This document shows, one piece after another, positions 35,630 through 48,400 of a stretch of 64,000 bases of DNA. The translations under genes and the position numbers were made by a program. The stretch covers positions 1-64,000 of the forward strand of contig NW_003314275.1 in assembly GCF_000143415.4 (NCBI RefSeq), given 5' to 3'. The notes below the pieces were generated by a model, which was not told where the DNA came from, did not search any database, and saw only the letters and a list, made by a program, of their open reading frames with translations. This DNA is from Selaginella moellendorffii. Its lineage: Eukaryota > Plantae > Lycopodiophyta. The stretch's first letter is position 1. Every line of letters starts with the position of its first letter.

Positions 35630-38600
35630 TTGAACTTTGCATAAGTACATAGAGTTCTGCCTTGCAGAAATTCCTCCATTAGATCTCGCGCATTCGCTAG
35701 GTTCTCCTCCGGTTCCCATGTTGCTTCGCAGTGTGGAAATCCTTTCCACTTCACATGGAACTCTCTCACCTCGCGTCCTTGTCGCTTGCTCCTGCGCGCA
35801 TTGAGGATGACCTCGACTTCCTATTCCTCTTCCCCTTGGATAACCTCAGGTAAAGGCCTTCCTTGGTCCTTGCGAAGCGGATCCTCAAAGTACGGCTTGA
35901 GTAAGTTCACGTGGAACACAGGATGCATCTTCCCCATCTCTCGAGGAAGTCGGAGTCGGTAAGCCACTTTACCGATTCGAGCCTCAATCTCGTAAGGCCC
36001 CGCGAACCTGCTTAAGGAACTCAAGATCAATTCATTTACAGGAATACATCCATTTTTACCTTTGGGTCAACTTCCGGCTGATCCCACTTGGTAGCCTGAG
36101 GTTCTTGGTGTTCAGCCACACCTTCTCCCCAGCTTGGAACTCTACGTCCCGACGCTTCTGGTTCGCGTACTTAGTTTGCCTTTGTTGAGCTCGTTCCAAG
36201 GAATCCCTCACTAGATTCCAAATGTTGAGTCTTTCCGCCGTGAATGCCTCCACTGCAGGTAACTCTCCATGATACTCGGCCACGCCGAGTTCCACAGGAC
36301 CTTCAATAGTTCACCCATTGATGACTTCCCATGGACTCACCCCAATGCTCGAATGTGGTGAGTTGTTATAACACATTTCCGCAAGTCCCAAATGACTTAC
36401 CCAATCGGTCTGATCTCCGGAGACATAGCATCGCAAATAATCCTCCAGCTGCCTATTCACCCTTTTCGTTTGTCTGTCTGTCAAGAAGTGTTAGTGCCAT
36501 CAACTTGACTTAATACCCCATACATGTCTGTGGGTGATAGGCTGTGCTGAATTTCAACTTGGTGCGATACTGTTCCAGGAGGGTTCTCCAGAACCTACTG
36601 GTGAAGATTTTATCTCGATCTGAGATAATCTCTTCTGGCCTTCCCTGCACTCGAACCACTTGTTCGAAGAACAGCTTCGCCACACCTTCCGCATCCACTT
36701 CCGTTGTGGTGGGTATGAAATGTGCCATCTTTGAAAATCGGTCCACCACCACGAATATCACATCAAACCCCTCGCTTGGGGGAAGTCCCGTGATGAAGTC
36801 CATTGTAAGACATTTCCATGGACGATCTGGAATTGGGATGCTTTGCAATAAGCCCCCACTAGCTTTAGTCACGGCTTTGACCTGCTGACATGTTGGACAT
36901 GTCTTTACATAGTTTTGGACGTCCTTAGTCATATCTGGCCAATGGTACTTCCTCTTGAGTAAGCCCATCGTCTTGGGCACTCCGCCGTGTCCCGCAAGAA
37001 GTCCGTCATGACACTCTTCTAAGGCTACCTTCCTTAGTTCCCCTTCTGGAACATACACCCTCGTTTGCTTGTAATAGATGAGTCTGTTGCGTTCCACATA
37101 ACCCGTTTTCTCTTCCGTTGGCAGCTCACCTCTCTGGTGAGCTTCCCGCGCCTCTAGATTCCTCAGCAACACTTCTTGTGCTAGACCATCGTTCTCATAT
37201 GCTGTCTGCACATCGTCCCAGAAGGTTGTTGTTGCACTGGATATCACCAACCTCAAGCTCGCTTTTCGACTTAGCGCATCTGCCACGATGTTGCTCTTCC
37301 CAGGCTTGTACAGAATCTCGCAATCAAACTCGGCCAAGGCATTGGCCCACCGACCTTGTTTCCCTCTCAGGTCGGGCTGTGACAAGAAGTGTTTCGTTGC
37401 CACATTGTCCGTGTAAACCTTGAAGTGTCTCCCAAGGTAGTGTCGCCACTCCTTGAGCGCCTTGACCACCGCAAGCAATTCCTTCTCGTGGGTAGGCCAC
37501 TACCGTTGAGCCTTGTCCAACTTCTTCGAGAAGAACGCTACTGGATGGTTGTCTTGCTTCAAAACTACGCCCAACACAAAGTCCGAAGCATCCGTTTCTA
37601 CCTCAAAGTCCTTACCAAAATTTGGTAATGCCAACACGGGAGCCTTCCTCAACTTCCCCTTGAAGTGGACGAATGCCGCCTCACATTCTGCTTTCCATAC
37701 CATCTTCCCTTTTCCCGTTTGGTCCGTTAAGGGTAGGGCCACTCTCGAATAGTGTCTGATAAACTTTCGATAGTAGTTGCATAGCCCCAAGAATGCCCTT
37801 AACTCATGTACATTCGATGGTCACTCCCATTCCTGGATCGCTTGGACCTTCTCCGGGTCCACCTTGAGCCCGTCTTGGCCCACCACATGCCCGAGAAACT
37901 TTACCTCTTGTTGAGCAAAGTCACATTTGCTCTCTTTAGCATACAGTTTGTGTTCCGTTAGTTTCTCAAACACCTTCGCCAAGTGTTCGGCATGCTCCTC
38001 TAGCGTCTCGCTATAGATCAGGTGTAAGCGACTAATTTTTCCATTCTACTTTAGTCACTTAACCACACCTCCGTCCACTTGGAAGAGTCTCATTCACAAC
38101 CTCCATAAGTCCAACTCAGGACTTGGGGCTTGCTAGCCCCGAGAATGGCATCCATGCCACTCAACCTTAGCACTTGGTCCAAGTGCTCCACGTGTCCGAT
38201 CCCATGATCGACACCCCAAGGTACCACCGACGTATCGGCCCGTTACGCTAAGGCCATGCCCAATTACCTTGGTCACACTGGTGGTCCAACACCACCTGCA
38301 TTCCAATCCCGTCTCTCAAAGACTGGGTCATTCGTCCATGAGGGATCATCCCAGATCCACTCCTTAACATCCTTAGGATGCCTATAGACATGGGGAATAG
38401 CCTTCCCCAATATCTCTGTTCCGGTCCCCACCAAGTCCCTTTCTGTCCTTGGCTGTGTTCGCCAACACTGCCACTGGATCAAGGCCCACTGGCTCGACCA
38501 CTAAGTCCCACTATCCTCGAGGACTTCCTCACTGTGTGACTGTGTCCTTGGTCACCCCACCAGAGGGCTACCCCTCTTCCTTTCCACAGTCTGGGACTTT

Positions 38601-40885
38601 GGGACACCATTTCGGAACACCGTGGCCTTACGCGAGCCACCTGGGTACTCTCCCCACCTTTCGCCTTTAGATGCTCTAGCCATGGGCTTAGAGCGAGGTT
38701 CCGTTGAGCCACGCCTGGTATCCAAGTAGGTAGTGCCACCCACACTTGGATTGGGAGCATCAGCCAGTCGATCTCCCGGGGGAACTAGAGCCGGCTCTTG
38801 AACACTTCACCAAGCTACCCCGCTTGTCGGTCGGTGTTCACTCTAGTCTTGGACTTCCCAGTGGGCAGCTCATCATCCAACACTGGGTCTGGCCTTCCTA
38901 GGCCAAACTGGCCTTTCCTGGCCAAACTGGCTCCACTGCAGTCCTCCCCCCTACTATACTTTTGGAGCTCACCAAACCCCCCAGGGTCTGGGAGACGAAC
39001 GCTTTGGGCTTTCACCCTCTCAGGCTCCGGACTCGGACTCGGACTCGGACTCGGACTCGGACTCGGACTCGGACTCAGACTCGGGCTCGGGCTCGGTCTC
39101 GGTCTCGGTCCCGATCTCGGTCTTGGTCTCGGTCTCGGTCCCGGTCTCGGTCTCGACTTCGGACTCCATCTCGGACTCCATCTCGGACTCCATCTCGGGT
39201 CCATCTCGGGTCCATCTCGGACTCCATCTCGGACTCCATCTCGGGTCCATCTCGGACTCCATCTCGGACTCCATTTCGGGTCCATCTCGGGTCCACCTCG
39301 GACTCCATCTCGGACTCCATCTCGGACTCCACTTCGGACTCCAACACGGGTCCATCTCGGGTCCACCTCGGACTCCACTTCGGACTCCTTCTCGGACTCC
39401 AACTCGGGTCCATCTCGGACTCCACTTCGGACTCCAACTCGGGTCCATCTCGGACTCCTCTTCGGACTCCAACTCGGGTCCATCTCGGACACTCCCACGT
39501 GTCATGTGTTGGCCCTTTTGGGTCCCTTTTTGGAGCCTCGCCTTTTGCTCGCTTCGTGCTCGTTCCTCGAGCACTTCGTTGGGAGTTCCACTCCCGCTCT
39601 TGACTTTTCAAGTCGGAGCTTTTGGTCCAAACGTGTTACGCTCGTTTGGCTCTCGCTTCGGCCACTACCACGTGGCACCCTTTCCGGCTCCACTTTGGGG
39701 CCTAGGGATTTTGTGTCTCACACTCGCTTCGGCCACTACCACGTGGCGCCCTTCCAACTCCACTTTGGGGCCTAGGGATTTTGTGTCTCACATCAGGATG
39801 TCGTCGATATAGACGACCATGAAGTGATCCAGATAGGGTACAAAGATGTGGTTCATCAGCGCCAAAAACGTTGCCGGCGCATTGCATAGCCCAAAGGGCA
39901 TCACCAAAAACTCAAAGCTCCCATACCTCATTCGATAGGTTGTCTTCTTGACATCTTCCTCGGCTACCCTGATCTGGTAGTATCCTGACCTTAGGTCAAT
40001 CCTCGAGAAGTATTTTGCCTTTCCCAACCTATCGAACAGATCCTCAATTCTTGGCAAAGGGTACTTGTTCTTCTTTGTATACTTGTTGAGCAACCGGTAG
40101 TCTATGCACATGCGCACAGAACCATCTTTCTTCTTCACAAATAACACCGGCGCCCCATACGGCGACTTGCTCAACCTAACATACCCTTTGTTCACCAACT
40201 CCTCTAGTTGGCACTTGAGCTCCTTGAGTTCTTTTTCGTTCAAACGATAGGGGGGACGAACCACCGCCTCAGCACCCTCGACCAGCTCAATCTTATATTC
40301 TATCAGTCGTGCGGGGGGCAACCCCGCCGGTAGCTCCTCCGGCATGGTATCTTGGAATTGATCCAACACCCGCTGGATCACCAAAGGTACTTCTTCCTTT
40401 CCTGTCTTTTTGTCACTCTTCACCGAGAGTAAGCACAAAAAGGCTGCCTTAGTTCCTTTGGTGAGTTGTCCTCTCGTGGACACCAGGTTTAAGCAGGAAT
40501 CTTTGGCCTTACTTTGCCCTACCTTTAGATCCTGGGCCTCCACCCTAGATCTTCTTCCTTGGGCATTCGCCAGTACCACAAGGTTCCTACCTTGTCCATA
40601 CAGGGCTACCACGAACCGATTGAACCAATCCATTCCGAAGATCACATCAAATCCCGCCATGTCTAACACGGTGAAATCCATGTCTACTTTCCATGTCCCT
40701 ACTTCGACTCTCGCTTGTCGAAGTACCTCATCGGTGCTTTGGCTACCTTGAACAAACTCTATAGTCCTTGGTTCACCTAGCCGCTGCACTGTTAGTCCGG
40801 CTTGCCGGACTATGTCTACAGCCACAAAATTATCCGAAGCACCCGTGTCAATAAGGATTTTAACAAAGCTACCTCCGAGCTTCCC
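35630..40885 (-). pseudogene. pol (PR-RT-RNase H-IN-chromodomain) of the inner element; disrupted by stops and a solo LTR; introns 36478-36523 and 36008-36059
   Basis: [57 protein letters not shown] zinc finger, GPY motif. Confidence 0.9.
38023..39792 (-). mobile_element. Solo LTR of family B inserted in RT; terminal ~70 bp duplicated
   Basis: TSD TCAGG at 38018-38022 and 39793-39797. Confidence 0.9.
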
Positions 40886-42172
40886 TCAGAGGGCTAGTAG
40901 ATGTCGCGAACGACTCTCTACCAAAGTTGCTCGTGTAATGAGTAACTTTGAGTTAGGGACTGGATCACATACCTCAGTTTGGACTTCACCCGACTTGATG
41001 GCTATATTGGCTCTGGCCTTCTTCGGGTAGGGACATTCCCTCGAAAAGTGTCCCGCTTCACCGCAGTTGTAGCATACGTTGTTTCCCACGCTGCTATACG
41101 ACTTGACCTTCTTATCCGTGGGTTTGTCTTTTTTCGCTTGACTCCCCCACGTACTCGCTCGCTGGCCACCAAATTTGCCTTTCTGGAACCCCAAGGACTC
41201 ATTCTTAGAGAAACTCTTCTTGAATTTCCCCCTGCTATACGTTCCCCTTGGTTTGGCCCCTTTGCTAAATGTGGATCCCGACCCCGTCGTGTTCCCCTTT
41301 CGCAGGTTATCATTGAAATACACCTTGATGGCCGCATCCAACGCTTCCTTGTAGTTGGTTGGGTTCCACCGCATCACCTTGCTGCGAGTCCAGGTTTGCA
41401 ACCCTGATATGAAGGCATGGAACGCATCCATATCCCCCATGTCCATGACCAGTATCCTCTTTGCCATGAACCCATTCACATATTCTTGGATGGTTCCAGT
41501 CTGCTTCAGCCTACTCAGCTCATCTCTCAAATACAGAGTGGCATTCGGAGGAACGTATGTTGCGCGGATCCTCGCCTTCATCATGTCCCAAGTGGCCACC
41601 GGTCCTTCGTTGGCCTCTGTCGTTCTCCACCAGGACTTGGCATTATCTGCCAAGTATGGTTTTGCACATGGGACCTTCTCCGAGCTCGGTAATCGCAACG
41701 CTCGGAAGTAGTCCTCCATATCGTAAAACCAATCCTCCACCACCTTATAGTCATTCACTCCCTTGAAGACCGGTGGGGGCTTTGGTTTGTACTTGGGAAC
41801 TGCCTGAGGGACTGATTCTACTTCGGTCTGTTTGACCTTGTCTAGTTTTGCCTCAGTCCCTGCCGAAGGGTCCACACCTTCTGCGCTGCCAGCATCCGTA
41901 GTCTTTCGCCTTTTCTTCCGGTTCTCGTCACGCTTTAGCTTGCGTACGAGAGTCTCCAGCAGGGCATTGGTCTGTGCCAATTGTCCTTCTAGAACGTCCA
42001 ATGGAGCCTTGGACGACCGAACCTCGCCACCGGACTCCTGTTTGGAAGTTTCCTCACTGGAGTCCTCCTCATGCAAGGATTCCTCATCCATAGCCTCTTG
42101 TTCGACCGGAGGCTCCAGCTCTGGCGGAGGTTCTGTCTCCGCCTGGGTTCGCTTACGCCCTGCCCTTGCCAT
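40886..42172 (-). CDS. Gypsy gag (retrotransposon gag domain + CCHC zinc knuckle)
   Basis: ATG at 42172 (MARAGRKR); AKSWW, LKQTGTIQEY, CYNCGEAGHFSREC. Confidence 0.85.
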   Translation of the reverse strand: MARAGRKRTQAETEPPPELEPPVEQEAMDEESLHEEDSSEETSKQESGGEVRSSKAPLDVLEGQLAQTNALLETLVRKLKRDENRKKRRKTTDAGSAEGVDPSAGTEAKLDKVKQTEVESVPQAVPKYKPKPPPVFKGVNDYKVVEDWFYDMEDYFRALRLPSSEKVPCAKPYLADNAKSWWRTTEANEGPVATWDMMKARIRATYVPPNATLYLRDELSRLKQTGTIQEYVNGFMAKRILVMDMGDMDAFHAFISGLQTWTRSKVMRWNPTNYKEALDAAIKVYFNDNLRKGNTTGSGSTFSKGAKPRGTYSRGKFKKSFSKNESLGFQKGKFGGQRASTWGSQAKKDKPTDKKVKSYSSVGNNVCYNCGEAGHFSRECPYPKKARANIAIKSGEVQTEVCDPVPNSKLLITRATLVESRSRHLLAL

Positions 42173-45007
42173 CTCCCTAAGTTCCCTCGCCAAGGTTCTT
42201 GCCTATGGTAACAGCTCCTACTTGATCCTACTTGCTTTCAGCTACTCACTACACGAGCAACGGAGTGTTAGCCATCCATCCACGGATTCCCAATCTCTCC
42301 CAATCCCCCTCCCGGGGTTAGACTGGACTTAAGGTTCGGCTACACTCCCCGCACGCACAAGCAGCCAAGCACACCAAGCTTCCAGGTTCCTAACATCCCT
42401 TGGTACCACAAGACTTGATCATGGGACCCTCTAAATCCCAAGTCTTGAGTGCAACACTTGCTTCGGGACGCCGGGGCGAAACACCGTGGCTTAGCGGCCC
42501 GGTATGGGTACCTCTACCCCCCCACTTCCATCCCGAAGGAAGGCCCAAGCCCCTAGGAAGGGCGAGGACCAATGAGCCGCATGGTACTCAAGTGGGGCAC
42601 CACTCTACATGAGCCAGGAGCACCGCAATCGGTTTCCCTTTCGGGAGTGGGAGCTGCTCTTGAGCACTTCCTTGGATGGCCCCTCCGGCACCAACCAAGT
42701 CCATGCTCACTCCCACCCAAGGCCCCTCAGTCCCAGTCCCAACCTCAAGTCAGTTTGGGAGCCCCACTGGAGAGTCCCTTCTAAACTGGTTCCTGGACCT
42801 CACTATCCCTACTATACTTTTGGAACCCCCTGCAGCCCCCCCCCCCCCCCCCCCTGGGAGACGCACGCTTTGGGCTTTAACCCCTTGACCCGTATTAGTA
42901 TTTGGACTTAGTCTCTGGCTCGATCTCGGACCCGATTTCGGATCCAACTTCGGATTCGGTCTCAGACTCGATCTCGGACTCGATCTCAGACCCGATCTCG
43001 GACCTGACCTCGGACTCGACCTCGGACTCGGTCTCGGACCCGATTTCGGATCTCAGACTCCGTCTCGAACTCGGTCTCAAACTCGAACTCGAACTCGGTC
43101 CCCGAGTCGGTCTCGGACTTGATTCCGGACTCTATCTCGAACTCGGTCCTAGAGTCGGTCTTGGACTTGATCCTCGACTTGGTCCCATCCGATGAACTCT
43201 TTGTCATTTTGGTTATGCTTTCGGGGTTCCTTTAGCCTACGACACCTCGGCGAGTTGGTTCCTTACACTGTTGACATGTTGGACATGTCTTTACATAGTC
43301 TTGGACGTCCTTAGCCATATCTGGCCCTCTTGAGTAAGCCCATCATCCTGGGCACTCTGTCGTGTTCCGCAAGAAGTCCGTCATGACACTCTTCTAAGGC
43401 TACCTTCCTTAGTTCTCCTTCTGGAGCATACACCCTCGTTTGCTTGTAATAGATGAGTCTGTTGCATTCCGCATAGCCCATTTTCTCTTCCATTGGCAGC
43501 TCACCTCTCTAGTGAGCTTCCCGTGCCTCTAGATTCCTCAGCAACACTTCTTGTGCTAGACCATCGTTCTCATATGCTGTCTGCACATCGTCCCAGAAGG
43601 TTGCTGTTGCGCTGGATATCGCCAACCTCAAGCTCGCTTTTCGACTTAGCCCATCCGCCACGATGTTGCTCTTCCCAGGCTTGTACAGAATTTCGCAATC
43701 AAACTCGGCCAAGGCATTGGCCCACCGACCTTATTTCCCTCTCAGGTCGGGCTGTGACAAGAAGTGTTTCGTTGCCACATTGTCCATGTAAACCTTGAAG
43801 TGTCTCCCAAGGTAGTGTCGCCACTCCTTGAGCGCCTTGACCACCGCAAACAATTCCTTCTTGTGGGCAGGCCACTTCTGTTGAGCCTTGTCCAACTTCT
43901 TCGAGAAGAACGCTACTAGATGGTTGTCTTGCTTCAAAATTGCACCCAACGCAAAGTCCAAAGCATCCGTTTCTACCTCAAAGTCCTTACCAAAGTCTGG
44001 TAATGCCAACACGGGAACCTTCCTCAACTTCCCTTTGAGGTGGACAAATGGCGCCTCACATTCCGCTGTCCATACCATCTTCCCTTTTCCTGTTTGGTCT
44101 GTTAAGGGCAGGGCTACTCTCGAATAGTGTCTGATAAACTTTCGGTAGTAGTTGCATAGCCCCAAGAACGCCCTCAACTCATGTACATTCGATGATCGCT
44201 CCCATTCATGGATCGCTTGGACCTTCTCCGGGTCCACCTTGAGCCCGTCCTGGCCCACCACATACCCGAGAAACTTTACCTCTTGTTGAGCAAAGTCACA
44301 TTTGCTCTTTTTAGCATACAGTTTGTGTTCCCTTAGTTTCTCAAACACCTTCGCCAAGTGTTCGGCATGCTCCTCTAGCCTCTCGCTATAGATCAGGATG
44401 TCGTCGATATAAATGACCACGAAGTGATCCAAATAGGGTACAAAGATGTGGTTCATCAATCCGAAAACGTTGCCGGCGCATTGCACAGCCCGAAGGGCAT
44501 CACCAAAAACTCAAAGCTCCCATACCTCGTTCGACAGGTTGTCTTCTCGACATCTTCCTCTGCTACCCTGATCTGGTAGTATCCTGACCTTAGGTCAATC
44601 CTCGAGAAGTATTTTGCCTTTCTCAACCTATCGAACAGGTCCTCAATCCTTGGCAAAGGGTACTTGTTCTTCTTTGTATACTTGTTGAACAACCGGTAAT
44701 CTATGCACATGCGCATAGATCCATCTTTCTTTTTCACAAATAACACCGGCGCTCCATACGGCGACTTGCTCAACCTAATATACCCTTTGTCCACCAACTC
44801 CTCTAGTTGGCACTTGAGCTCCTTGAGTTCTTTTTCGTTCAAACAATAGGGGGGATAAACCACCGCCTCAGCACCCTCGACCAGCTCAATCTTATGTTCT
44901 ATCGGTCGTGCGGGGGGCAACCCCGCCGGTAACTCCTCCGGCATGGTATCCTGGAATTGGTCTAACACCCGTTGGATCACTAAAGGTACTTCTTCCGTTC
45001 CTGTCTC

Positions 45008-45340
45008 TCTTGACACCCTACCCCTCGGGTCGAGCCCAGCGGGAGCAAACTGGACCAGCCAGATGTCAATCAACATGTGGTGTGATTCCCCTAGCCAACC
45101 AATAGAGTCGGACCCGAGACCCCTCTGATACCAAATATAAGCTCCTGAATTTGGACTTCCCGGGAGGTCACCCAGCCCAGTACTATTCAAACCCAAGGAC
45201 GCTTAACTCCAACTATCCCAAGACCCTTAACCGATTGGAAAAGGGGGTGCACTCTTGTTCATGGGCCCTTTCCCTCTATATTTTAACCCCAACGGATCGT
45301 CTCTCAAGTCGTTCCCTTTGGTTGCTTACAATCCCGTCCC
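45008..45340 (-). mobile_element. Cassandra-like TRIM fragment: LTR 45136-45330 containing 5S A/C boxes, PBS 45123-45133, ~118-bp non-coding internal region, PPT ~45016-45026
   Basis: Minus strand TGTAAGC...GCTTATA, then TGGTATCAGAG, then GAGGGGTAGGG-TG. Confidence 0.72.
45153..45208 (-). promoter_or_regulatory. 5S rRNA-derived internal control region (Pol III type 1 promoter) inside an LTR
   Basis: AGTTAAGCGTCCTTGGGTTTGAATAGTACTGGGCTGGGTGACCTCCCGGGAAGTCC resembles plant 5S (from recall) AGTTAAGCGTGCTTGGGCGAGAGTAGTACTAGGATGGGTGACCTCCTGGGAAGTCC. Confidence 0.85.
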
Positions 45341-45430
45341 GACCCTCTAGTGCTTGGGTTCGAGTCCCAAATCATTAGGGCGTGGTGATGGTTTGGAATA
45401 TGAGGACACTCATATTTCGGTGGTCATGGA

Positions 45431-48400
45431 TGTGAGACACAAAATCCCTAGGCCCCAAAGTGGAGCCGGAAGGGCGCCACATGGTAGTGGCCAAAGCGAG
45501 AGCCAAACGAGCGTAACGGGTTTGGACCAAAAGCTCCGACTTGAAAAGTCAAGAGCGGGAGTGGAACTCCCAACGAAATGCTCGAGGAACGAGCACGAAG
45601 CGAGCAAAAGGCGAGGCTCCAAAAAGGGACCCAAAAGGACCAACACATGACACATGGGAGTGTCCGAGATGGACTCGAGTTGGAGTCCGAAGTGGAGTCC
45701 GAGATGGACCCGAGTTGGAGTCCGAAGTGGAGTCCGAGATGGACCCGAGTTGGAGTCCGAAGAGGAGTCCGAGATGGACCCGAGTTGGAGTCCGAAGTGG
45801 AGTCCGAGACGGACCCGAGATGGAGTCCGAGATGGAGTCCGAAGTGGAGTCCGAGGTGGACCCGAGATGGAGTCCGAGATGGAGTCCGAGATGGAGTCCG
45901 AGATGGAGTCCGAGATGGAGTCCAAGATGGACCTGAGATGGACCCGAGATGGAGTCCGAGATGGAGTCCGAGATGGAGTCCGAGATGGAGTCCGAAGTCG
46001 AGACCGAGACCGGGACCGAGACGGAGACCGAGACCGAGACCGAGACCGAGATCGGGACCGAGACCGAGACCGAGGCCGAGCCCGAGACCGAGCCCGAGCC
46101 CGAGTCCGAGTCCGAATCCGAGTCCGAGTCCGAGTCCGAGTCCGAGTCCGAGTCCGAGTCCGGAGCCTGAGAGGGTGAAAGCCCAAAGCGTTCGTCTCCC
46201 AGACCCTGGGGGGTTTGGTGAGCTCCAAAAGTATAGTAGGGGGAGGACTGCAGTGGAGCCAGTTTGGCCAGGAAAGGCCAGTTTGGCCCAGGAAGGCTGG
46301 ACCCAGTGTTGGGTGATGAGCTGCCCACTGGGAAGTCCAAGACTAGAGTGAACACAGACCGACAAGCGGGGTAGCTTGGTGAAGTGTTCAAGAGCCGGCT
46401 CTAGTTCCCCCGGGAGATCGACTGGCCGATGTTCCCAGTCCAAGTGTGGGTGGCACTACCTACTTGGATACCTGGTGTGGCTCAACGGAACCCGCTCTAA
46501 GCCCATGGCTAGAGCACCCAAGGGCAGAAGGCGAGGAGAGTACCCAGGTGGCTCGCGTAAGGCCACGGTGTTCCGAAATGTTGTCCCAAAGGCCCAGACT
46601 GTGGAAAGGAAGAGGAGCAGTCCTCTGGGGTAGTGACCAAGGACACAGTCGTGTGGTGAGGAAGTCCCAGAGGACCGTGGGACTTAGTGGTCGGGCCTAT
46701 GGGTCTCGATCCAGTGGCAGTGTTGGCAAACACGGCCAGGGGCAGAAAGGGACTTAGTGGGGACTGACAGAGGGATATTGGGGAAGGCTATTCCCCTTGT
46801 CGGTGGGCATCCTAAGGATGCTAAGGAGTGGATCTGAGATGACCACTCACGGATGGTTTGCCTAGTCTTGGAGAGCCAAGACGGTGATGCAAGTGGTATT
46901 GGACTACCAGTGTAGCAAAGGTGATTGGGCATGGCCTTAGCGTAACGGGCTGCTATGTCGGTGGTACCTTTGAGTGTCGGTCATGGGATCGGACACGTGG
47001 AGCACTTGGACCAAGTGCAAATGTTGAGTGGCATGGATGCCATTCTCGGGGCTAGCAAGTCCCAAGTCCTGGATTGGACTTATGGAGGTTGTGAATGAGA
47101 CTCCTCCAAGTGGTCAGAGGTGTGGTTAAGTGACTAAAGTAGAATGGAAAATTTAGTCGCTTACAATTTGGTATCGGAGCTGTTCCTTAGTCCAACTTTT
47201 ATTGGTGCTCAAGTATATCACCACTGGTGTTGGCAACGGAAGGTCCGAGAAGTGGGCCTATCCTTGAGGAGTAGCAGGTCGGGAAGATATGGCTCTCCAT
47301 TACAGTTCATGTGTGAACTTGTAGACAAGGTGGTGGATAGAAAAGGGCCAATAATGGAACGACTTTGGGATCTTGGGAACAGTATATGGTTTTCCTCAAA
47401 GAGTTGAGGATGTGATCCAGATGAGCGTTTGACTTAGCAAACTGGCTAATGTAGTTGTGGTAAACAACTACAGTTGGGATCACGGGAAAGATAAAGACTC
47501 CAAAGCAATAAAGGAGTCACAAGATTTTCCTCATATAGTTGATGTTGGTGCTCATGAATGTGAGACCAGAAGTAATGACCGTGGGAGGTCAAATACGGAA
47601 GAGGACTCAAGTCCTTGAAAAGGTAGCCGTGGCTACCTCTAATAAATGCTGGAACAACCCAAGGAGTTGGGGGTGTATTAAGTGGATGAGTTGGTGTTCT
47701 CATCACATGGACAAGTAGTCCTCAGGGGCAAAGGTGGCCCCCAGAGAACAAAATCAAGTGTCGGAGTAACACTTGTGAAAATAGTCCTTTTGAGTAGGAC
47801 AGGAATGCAAGAAGTGTATTCCAGTGAGCTAGTGCCTCACAAGTAGGACCTTACGGGTCTGTGGATTAACCAAGTCCAAAACTACTGGATGACTCAAGTA
47901 GAGTCAACGGATGGTCCTAAAAGGACTGATGGAAGCATTTGGACTGAGGTGTGTTGTACCCCACAAAGGATGGGGGGGGATCATAGGATCCAAGGATGAG
48001 AACAGAGGGTATCTCCTCGATGGCAAAATGTGCCATGCTAAAGTTATGGGAAAGGTGTTCCCAGAAGAAAACAACTTTGACATAAAGTTGTGTGTGACCT
48101 CTATAGTGCAGTGCTAACGGATGGTTGGCATGAGAAAGAGCGGTGTTGGTCTTGGCAAAGACTTAGACACGAAGGGGAAATGTCATAGAGGTAGGCTCGT
48201 GGAGCCGATGGTGTGGAGACACCAAATATGCCAAGGTGTGATACCTTGAGGCTATGTTGGTGGGTTCATGAGAACCCCTTGCCAAAGGAATCCCAATGGA
48301 AATGGGAATAGCATAGCCTAAGCTGCAGAGCATGCAGTTGGAGTGTGGTGACCCAGATAATGATGGAGGTGTGAAAGCACCAAGCAATGAGTTGTAGGAC

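Larger units (their letters stand above)
34049..43267 (-). mobile_element. Inner family A Gypsy element nested in the outer integrase: 3' LTR 34049-35223, PPT 35224-35235, 5' LTR ~42177-43267 (LTR 3' end and PBS deleted)
   Basis: TSD CTGTT at 34044-34048 and 43268-43272. Confidence 0.9.

Noticed and set aside
45153-45208. Functional 5S rRNA gene
   Set aside because: Only the internal control region is present, inside an LTR next to a PBS
46312-46338. GGGTGATGAG..GGGAAGTCC in family B LTRs as a hammerhead or 5S relic
   Set aside because: It lacks the CTGATGA/GAAA core and the A-box; the similarity is too short
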